From contig JAKLZA010000017.1 in assembly GCA_030704615.1 (NCBI GenBank), forward strand, positions 1 through 25,000: a stretch of 25,000 nucleotides of DNA. The letters are read 5' to 3'. The position numbers and the translations under genes were made by a program. The DNA comes from Takakia lepidozioides (Eukaryota > Plantae > Bryophyta). Each line of letters starts with the position of its first letter. The first letter of the stretch is position 1. The notes under the pieces are model-generated. The model had not been told where the DNA came from, searched no databases, and saw nothing but the letters and a program-made list of their open reading frames with translations. Below, one piece after another: positions 1 through 8,530 of this stretch.

Positions 1-1487
1 GGGGGTAAGTCGGAGACACTGTGTTCAGTGTCATCATACCTTCCAAAGCACAGGTCAAGTCCTCCCAAGAAACAAATTTGGTGGTCTACAATCACAAGCT
101 TCTCATGGTGGGACCAGAGATAGACACCTGAGGAGAAGTGGTCAGGAAAGCGCAGCACTTTTATGTTCTCATGAATACTGAGCAGGCGTGTCTTTGTGTA
201 GTTGCTGTTGATTTTCAAAGCCAGTGCAACCTCTTTGTACAAAAGGACATAGATCTGCACACCTATCTTAGCTTTAGCCTCTAGCAAGCAGTCCAATCGA
301 GAAGCAGCATGATCATTGAATGGTCGGCGCAGGTAAAGTTCTGGACACAGCCACCAACCTGTTATGAATATCTCTGACTTGGCATCTTCAATTGCCACAG
401 TAATTGCCTCAAATGCAGCCTTACCATCAATGAACCACTGCGCCTGACTGCCATCAGTGGCCAACCCTCTTGGGGGAGCAAATGATCCAAACCTGTGGGG
501 ATGGCACCATGCTCTTAGTCCAGCATCATTGATAGCAGCTACCCACTCATGTGAGCTGCTTGACTGGCTTGTCCTTAACTTCACCACTCGGTTTCCACAT
601 GTCACCATAAAACTGTACCGCAATGGATTGCGGTCCGTTCCAACTCGTGCAAGAGAAATGAGACCCTCTGTGGCAGTGTCAGAAGGAGCTAGCACATCAA
701 ACATAAAGATATCTAAAGGCCTGACATTGGATGGATCAGCCAGCAGTGCTAGGAACCCAGGTTTCAGCACAGCCCATACCTGCTGCCAAGAAGATCTGCA
801 ACAGTAACAGGAATTCCAGTACCTTGACCAACCAGTGGGCCCCTCCTCTGTGGAGATATTGGGGAGGTGCTGCACCATGACATAGCCTTCTTTCAGCTTG
901 GGTCCATACTCAGGTGCAAAGGAAAGCTTTGAAACTTCCAAGAATCTGCAAACCTCGCTTGTATTCACAATGTTTAAACTCTGCAGGAAATGGTTGAGGT
1001 AATTCTGCATGGCACACACAGCCCGCCGGGAGATAGAGGGAAGGGACCCCAGGGCGGGTCGCATAACTGGCAGCACTGCACTAGAGGGCACATCTGTGCG
1101 TGATGAATGGGAAATCTCCTCTTGATCATCACCATCATGTGGGTGTAAACTTTCTCCAGCATCCGACTGCTCCCCGAGTCGAAGGCTATGCACCCATTCC
1201 TTGACCTGCTCTTGCTTTTCCTGAAGCTCTTCAAGTAAGGCCCTCTTCTTCAAAGCCAAATGAAGAAACAATACCTGCGCAGCTCTCTTCTCAATCTGCC
1301 ATTTGAACTGTCTATATTCCAACTCGATTGTGTAGACAAGCTGAAAGGCATGGCTGAGATCATTGTGCTGCGACTGGGACACCGTTAAAACCTTGGCTTT
1401 TGGGAGATCCTCAAAAATGGGATTGTCTTCCAAGAACCGAGGTGGGAAGAAAGCTAGGGAGGGAGGGTCCGGTGGCAAGGATCCCAT
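1..1487 (-). CDS. PLDZ: Phospholipase D zeta (PX/PH-domain PLD), 5' part; continues beyond the left edge; no intron in the visible CDS
   Basis: Manual minus-strand translation from ATG 1487 is open to position 1: MGSLPPDPP...IFEDLPKAKV...YTIELEYRQFKWQ...KKRALLEELQEKQEQVKEW (PX)...FLEVSKLSFAPEYGPKLKEGYV...WQQVWAVLKPGFLALL (PH)...WCHPHRFGSFAPPRG...QWFIDG...IFITGWWLCPELYLRRP...YLWSHHEKLVIVDHQICFLGGLDLCFGRYD. The last segment is the first HxKxxxxD motif. Absent from the ORF track because no stop lies inside the window. An in-frame TGA at 1565-1563 bounds the frame upstream. Confidence 0.95.
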   Translation of the reverse strand, partial: MGSLPPDPPSLAFFPPRFLEDNPIFEDLPKAKVLTVSQSQHNDLSHAFQLVYTIELEYRQFKWQIEKRAAQVLFLHLALKKRALLEELQEKQEQVKEWVHSLRLGEQSDAGESLHPHDGDDQEEISHSSRTDVPSSAVLPVMRPALGSLPSISRRAVCAMQNYLNHFLQSLNIVNTSEVCRFLEVSKLSFAPEYGPKLKEGYVMVQHLPNISTEEGPTGWSRYWNSCYCCRSSWQQVWAVLKPGFLALLADPSNVRPLDIFMFDVLAPSDTATEGLISLARVGTDRNPLRYSFMVTCGNRVVKLRTSQSSSSHEWVAAINDAGLRAWCHPHRFGSFAPPRGLATDGSQAQWFIDGKAAFEAITVAIEDAKSEIFITGWWLCPELYLRRPFNDHAASRLDCLLEAKAKIGVQIYVLLYKEVALALKINSNYTKTRLLSIHENIKVLRFPDHFSSGVYLWSHHEKLVIVDHQICFLGGLDLCFGRYDDTEHSVSDLP

Positions 1488-1636
1488 AGCCGCATACTGG
1501 AAACTCCAACCCCGGTCACCAGCAGTCACCTTTCTCTTTGCCAGCTTTTCTTCTTGATTTGATCAAACGTGTGACCACTGCATGTGCATGCAAGCTCCTC
1601 TGTCAGCGCCAGGTGTGAACGCCTCTTTTTCACCCG

Positions 1637-1659
1637 TTACATTCGTGTTAGAGTCACAT
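1637..1659 (-). promoter_or_regulatory. Two minimal start-stop uORFs (ATGTGA 1659-1654; ATGTAA 1642-1637) in the putative PLD 5' leader
   Basis: Minus strand reads TTTTCTTAGCAG|ATGTGA-CTCTAACACGA-ATGTAA, directly after a good acceptor site. Inclusion in the mRNA is inferred. Confidence 0.5.
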
Positions 1660-4600
1660 CTGCTAAGAAAAGCAGACAAGATCATGACTCCAACATTGAC
1701 AATTATGCAGCACCATAGTAATCAAAGGCCCAAGATTCTCTCTTGCACAAATTTCATAAGTGTAAGCTAACAAATTGCGTACATTTCAGGCTCACCGTGA
1801 TTCAAAACAAGCAAGAGCCTTGTCATTGCTTGCAATCCTTGAAATAACTTATTTCAAGATACAATTGACTGGCTGGACCATGAAGGACAGAAAGATCCCA
1901 CCTGACAGCTGAATGCAAATAGTTCCATAGTACCTCACACTCATTGTGTGCACTCTAAATTCAAGGTATATTCAACAGCGCCCAATCCATAGTGACTCAT
2001 TGCAACCGAAAAACAATTTCCTCAATTCATAATCAGGAACATTAAGGAGAGCTTTCATTTGTCTGATCATAAGCAACCTCCACATGTGAACCTTCTTTGA
2101 GATGACAAGTATACTTCAACCCCCATAGAAATTGTGCAGGGGAGGGCTCAGTAGAGCCAAACTTTGCTGATCAAGATAGCTTTGAATTGTGGGAAAAAAA
2201 ATTGGTCCAAACAGAGTCACACATGTCCAATCCCAGGCTTTGTTTATGAGCATGTTGCTCCTGATTTCAACCCAAAAGTCTGTCTGGATGCTAGAAGTCC
2301 CGACTGAGAACAGAAGCCCTAGAGGTGAATTGAGCAGACAACTTAGACTATTTATCACGGGATTGAGATCTTGAACGCATACAACACATATCCAGAAGGA
2401 GGGGAGGGCAGGGAACGAACGTAGAGAAATGGAACCAAGGCCGATTGTGAGAAGTAGAAATTGAAGAAGACGCCAGCAATGCATTTCCTTTGAGAAATTA
2501 GTGTCTTCCGAAGTCGGCGATTGACCATGCTGCTCTTATACGTCTATGCGCTCTTTATGAGATGAAGTCGAAGACATCGTAAGGGGAGAATTGGATACTA
2601 CCGAGAGCTGCAGTCTGTAGACCCCGGTCCCAGCACAGAAAGATCAACGGGACTAATTCAACTCTTTCCTGTTGGTCACCGTATTCTTGAGCTATGAATT
2701 ATCCTGGGGAAACACTAGAGCAGAGTGTGTTCTCTCTCCGCAGCAGCATCCACCCCCAGGTACCAGTTGCAGACTGACAGCATAGTATGTCTTGCAACGA
2801 GGATTCTTTGGCTGCATACGCTACCAAAATGCACACAAAAACCAGTAGGATAAGGACGATCCGAACTGGTTGCTTCAGAGTTGCTAATGTAAATCTTGGG
2901 TACCGCTCCAATTGTGCAGCTGAAAGTGAGATATCGCCTATGACAATTCTGCATATGTACATTCCAGACATAGAGAAGGAAAATAGAACCTGATTACTGT
3001 CAAGATGAAGGGATCGAAAAAGTTGGCTCGACCGGCGAATGTCTCTTGCAAATCTAAAATCCCGTAAGACTGCCTAATCTTGTGAAAAGAGGTTACTAAA
3101 AACACTCATGTGCCCGTTTAAAGCACTGCAGCCACAGCCATCAATCCTGCACTCTGGTCCGTGACGGGGAATCGATTCTGCAGGATCCAGCATCTAACAA
3201 AATGCACATGGCACACCAATGCTGACCGAGTTACTAGTTATCACATGATTCCGTATTGAATCGATTCCATCAAACAAACCTGAGCTACATGTACCAGATG
3301 CATCAAAACAGCGATTATGTGATTTGCATCACGCATTACTCATCATCCGAGCAATTTACACTACGTTAATGTCGCTAACGGCAATTAGCTAGCCACCCAT
3401 AAACAAGGTTGCGTTCGTTAACACATGCTAACGCGGACTATGGAATATTACACGATTCCTGCAAGGATCTCCCCATCCCAAGCATAGAAGGTAACTTTAC
3501 GAGCACTCTGGGAGGGATCATTCCTAAATACCTAAAGGATCTAAACTTCAGAGAGGTGCAGATTGAAAGATCCCTTATCCTAGCTGGATCTACCCATGCT
3601 TTCTGGCTGATGCGACAGTCATTGTACCTGCAGAATCGTCACACACATAAGACAGAGGGATGGTGGTACCCAGGGGGGGCTGATTTTTAGTGATCCCCTT
3701 ACATACACCATTCATAAGAGATTGGCTCGCACGTATAATTGTTACCTTAAGCAAATAATTTTTTGTATCACAGATTTTGCGTGACCCACATTAGAGATTG
3801 CACTGCTGCAGCAGCCGACGCAGACAGCGAAGGTTCTCGGGCACCTTTGGTATCAATCTCTTGAATCCCGCTCCAGTCATCAGATTTGACACCTTTCGTG
3901 CCCTTCGAGACCTCTTTTGAGGCTTGGTTGTCTTGTACTTCACGTGCAACAATTAGACTTGCATAAGCAGGGATTTCGGGGCCCTGTGAGGCTTCACCGT
4001 TCAACATGATGACTAATCGATGATCATTCTTCACTCTTAACTACAAGCAACAACAGATCATGGGCATATGTTCGTAGATACCTTTGCTCTTAACCCATCC
4101 CACAGAAACTTCAATTCCAGGATGTTGATCTTCAAGTGTTTTCCATGGATTGAACTAAACTAGAACTTGTTCAGCTACAAAATGTAAGGCTGAAGAACAT
4201 GTTATGAGGCTCTACAACGCAAACGATTCCGATGCGAGGGATAGTGCAATGTCGGATGTATGGTCTCCACGGACTAAAAGCTGCTCACTGGGTGGGGCCG
4301 TCTTGATTTCAATGTGTGTCCGTCAACTAGTTGTATGGAGGCTGTGAATGGGAACACGACGGATCCAAGGAACAAAACAGAAAAAGTTATCACCCAATCT
4401 TGAAGATTCCAATATTCCGAGTTTCAATCAATCCAATGTGTCCAAGTGGCATTCTTATGTGGATAGTGTTTCGAGCAACACATGGCGGGTATGGCTGTGC
4501 AAACATGCAGAGTAAGACACCATCGCTTGTGAGTGGGTGTGGACGACAGAGGAGGCTTTTGGGGCGAGTACCTGGATGGATCTACAGAAGGGAGGCCGAC

Positions 4601-5233
4601 ATACTCGGGAATGGGCGGTGAAAGGATTGAAGGTGCACTTTCAGCTTCTCGTGTCTGGTCATTACAACAGTTATCTGCTGGATGGGTATGTTCAAATGGA
4701 TTGAATGAGGGATGCAGTGATACTTCGACTGCAAGGATCAGCTACTTGGACCCTTTCAAACATTCTCACCCATGGTGGGGGGATTAGTCAACCTGGGTTA
4801 GGAAGTGAGCCTCAATATTGCCGTGGTTCCTGCTGTCTGTTGGTAGCTATCGGTGCTGCAATGCCTCGTGGAGACGTAGTGAAATGAACTCAGGGTAGTG
4901 GGTGAGCCTCGCTGTAGCAGTGAAATGTCATCTAGAGCTCAGCATTGCCTACATTGGGCACAATGTGCCCAACGCTTAAGCCTGTTTTGTTTTGCAGGTG
5001 TATCCATTCAAGAGTCAGTTTGTATGCTTGTGGAAACGAAAGAGGGTGGATTGTGGATCAAATTCATGAGTTCAATCCGGGTTCCTCTGTAAAAGGGTTG
5101 ATTCCAGTTTGGCGTTGGGATTTCCTTGGGGTCTTCTCTTCACACCCTTGTATAGCCAGTCGCAACTGGTCAGTAATAATCACAGGAGTCATGTCATGTT
5201 AATGGATATCTGCTTGACTTGAGAGTTTCGCTT

Positions 5234-7565
5234 ATGCAGGTGTGGCCATGGTGGCTATCGTTGTTCCTCATATTGTCACTAGATTCTTCAGCTCAAGCTA
5301 ACCCCACACCAAAGCCATGGCCGCAGCAATTCCATGCCCAATTGTCCCAGCTCCAGAATACAACCTCGAAGCGGGCTGTGATAGACCTATGGTATGACTG
5401 GCCCGGGGGAAGGAACCTGAACCTCATCCAACATCAGCTTGGGAATCTTATTCATGACGTGGAGTGGACCAACGGCACTTCATATTACTATGACCTGGAG
5501 CATCAAACTTGTTTCACAATCATATTCCAGGTGGGAATTTTGCGGCCTGACTGGTTGGTCGATGCCACCTATTTGGGCGTACGGGAAATCGATGGGTTCC
5601 AGTGCAATGTCTGGGAGAAAGTGGACTTCATCACGTATTATGAGGATATTGAGACTCAGAGGCCTGTCTACTGGCTTTTTTACACTGGTATACTTCATCT
5701 AAACTTTTAAGTATTCATGCCACCCAGCGAAGTCTCTCTCAATACATTTGATTTGCCATTAGGTGGAGGTTCTGTTTGAGTGCTGAGAGAGACAGAGAGA
5801 TGACCCAGAGCAGAGTATTGGCTACAATGTGTCCATCGAGGCATAGTCTCTATGGTATATTCCTTCTCCCAGAGCCTGTCATCTATTTTTCACATAACAT
5901 GACATCAATTTCGTATATTCAGGCTAGAATTCAGACCCAAGGAGAGCTGTACCTTTGGGCATGGTCTCAAAGGAAGCCAGAGAGGTGCATTGTCAAAAAA
6001 ATTGCTTTCAAAACGGTCTGAGTTATAGCATGGTAGACAATCTAGCCTTAGTTGGAACTTCAGCATAGAGCCCTGCCGGGAAGTCCCATTATGCTGTCCT
6101 TGAGCCACGTATTCGCTGAAAAGTTGCCGAAAAAGAGTAGGTTTTTGCAGGGCTTTAGCTCATTTATTTTCTCAGTTGCATTATTTATCTTGGTCTCAGT
6201 GGTGTGACTTCTCTGGATATGAAAAGAGGAGGAGTATGGTTTAGTCATGTCAAGACTTCTCCAGTCCCAGATCAGTATCTAATCCTGTCTTGCTCATAAA
6301 TCTGGACATGATCCAGCTCTTACATACAGACATAGCATTTACACAGAAACCTCACAAGTCCTGCAAAACTCAGATTTGTGAACATGTATTACAAATTTTG
6401 TAATTGCTTACCCCATCATATGTACCCAAGGCTTTGATTCATAAGGTCCTTTCTAGTTTCCATATGTAGAAACCTCCATAGATTCATACTATAATACTTT
6501 TGGTAGAATCTCTGTAGAAGTCAAATTTGCAGCTTTGTGCACCGCGACTTGCATCGATTCTAGAGATTTAGCATGGTTGGAATTGTCGACCCACACGGCA
6601 GATGGGTACTCCAAGGCGGCCTAATAACATCACAAAGCATGGTCCTTTTGACATTAGTATTAATCCCAAAGCTTTGCATTTAGCTGATTGAATCATTTTT
6701 CGTATATGCGCATCCCAGTTACAGTTGGAGGAATATTCAACACCAAGATATATGTAGGAAGGGAGTACAAGGATCTCTTCACAGATCTCTTCATCACCCC
6801 CTTTCCATTTGGGATCCTCTCCTCCCTCCCCACGGAGAGAGAGAGAGTGTACTCATAAGACGACGTTTGCAGTAGCCTTGTGGCTATAGACCCTGTGCCC
6901 GGTTTGGGCGGAAGAAAAGGGAGCAGAAACTACCTTTATGAGGGGCTCACTCTGGTAGTGTGACTTACTTTGAGAAAGACAATTAGTTTGGGTTTTCCAG
7001 ATATCCTCTAGAAAGCCCTTCACACAGGTATCAACTTGCTGTGTGAGCTGCACAGCAATTAGACACTAAGAGGGCCAGGGCTTTAGGCACAGAGAGAGAG
7101 AGGGAGAGAGGGGGAGAGAGAGAAAGAGTAGACTTTGACAGAGTTAAGAAAAAGAGAGTCCCTTGCCTCCCTTGCCTCTGTTTATTCATAAACTATGGAG
7201 TTAAATTTGGGCAGAAACAGCTCAGGAAATATCCAAGCTGATAAAGGTGTACCATTCATGGTGACGCAGGACAGGGAGTGCATGTGATCACTTTCGAAGA
7301 GGGGGCAGTACTGGAAGATGAGAAATGGCAGGCACCACCCTCATGTTTTGATCAAGCTACCACGCTTTCTGGCTCTTCCTCCTTGCCACAGTCAGGCAGC
7401 AGTAAGCAGGTTTTTGGCAAAGAAGGAATTTTAAGAAGGTGGGTAGGAGCATTCACAAGCATATCCCGAGGATCTCTCATGGCAGTGATGGATTCCAGTG
7501 TTACAGGAAAAAGTGACAATTCCGAGAGATTGAAGAGAAATTCTTTCAACAGACATTTTGAGTGA
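5234..7565 (+). CDS. Secreted uncharacterized protein, At4g14100-like family (~249 aa); exons 5234-5687 and 7270-7565
   Basis: Signal-peptide-like [22 protein letters not shown], then family motifs [77 protein letters not shown] phase-1 GT-AG intron 5688-7269 (G|GTATAC ... CGCAG|GA) joins in frame to [27 protein letters not shown]. Start uncertain: TTATGCAG|GT at 5232-5241 could also be an acceptor from an upstream exon. Confidence 0.88.
7091..7128. repeat. Imperfect (AG)n polypurine tract in the intron of the At4g14100-like gene
   Basis: AGAGAGAGAGAGGGAGAGAGGGGGAGAGAGAGAAAGAG; a shorter (GA)n lies at ~6834-6847. Confidence 0.9.
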
Positions 7566-8509
7566 TAAACAGGTCATACCCTGTGCTGGAGAAGAACAGG
7601 ACAGAGATATTCCATGAAGTGGACAGCAACAAAACTTAAGATGAGGAGTCGAGAGATCATGTGTGTCTCGGGTTTCGTAAATTTGCAGGATCAGCTCATC
7701 AGCACATCACCATTGCTGAGGAAGCAGTTGATGTGCCAATGAATTGTCAGAAAACTGAAACTCAATCAGCACTGGCTTGACCTGGCAGTCAAGTTTGAAT
7801 CAAGATACAAGCTTTAGTATGATTGGATCTTATCAGTTTGCCGAGTTGAATGCTCCGTCTCAATCTTGATTCTGAGCGTTTCTCGACTTAGTCCCCATAT
7901 GGGACTCTCAAATTATTTGATGAAAAAAACAGTGAGGCCTACTGAAGTCCTTGTCATGAATGGTCCACAAGCAGCCACTTCCAGCTTTTTCACTCTAAAG
8001 CCAATTTCACAGGCTAATTCAACATGATCCACTACTAGCAATCACTTGATTTACAATACGACCAGACAACAGGATGCAACCTCCACTAGCATTTCTACAC
8101 AAGTTGCGACAGTCTATTCACACCTCCTAGCGTTATCGATCGTGGGTTGTGGGAGAGAGCTCCTCCACCAAACAGACTTCTAATGTGATCTGTGGTTTCT
8201 TTACACTCTGCTCTTATTCAAGTATTCTTTCTCGTTCCAAATCCAGTCTCTTTAGCTGTAGCAAAGAGAAGACACACCATAAGTACCATCCATATCCTTG
8301 TATGCTTGTCTATCACCCACCAGCAAACACTCCAGCTCAACCTCCTGGTGATGGAGCTTCAACAAGAATTTTTTTTAAAGTGGCCTTCTTCAGATTACTT
8401 GGGACGAAGTTTATTTGCATTTCATCCAGTTAGGGCTGACAGGGAAGCTGGACATTAGGGGTCCGGAGGTGCAGCTGTTTGGAGGAGGAAGAAGGAGGGG
8501 GAATTCTGA

Positions 8510-8528
8510 GGGGAGGGCGGGGGAGGGG
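8510..8528 (+). promoter_or_regulatory. Canonical G-quadruplex motif 2 nt upstream of the PARN start codon
   Basis: GGGG-A-GGG-C-GGGGG-A-GGGG-AG-ATG: four G-tracts with 1-nt loops on the sense strand. Confidence 0.65.
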
Positions 8529-8530
8529 AG

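Noticed and set aside
457-1557. ORF-track calls 457-807, 974-1234 and 1363-1557
   Set aside because: Antisense or off-frame shadows of the PLD CDS.
1563-1565. U-to-C RNA editing as an explanation for the in-frame TGA
   Set aside because: Such editing is established for organellar transcripts, and this is a nuclear locus.
2116-2993. Hydrophobic ORFs 2116-2484, 2699-2971 and others upstream of PLD
   Set aside because: No recognisable motifs; composition is typical of intron or UTR sequence.
6830-7170. miR156/529/535-like GA-rich strings and an 8-bp hairpin (TCACACAG...CTGTGTGA)
   Set aside because: No match to a mature miRNA I can recall and no long foldback; explained by microsatellite sequence.
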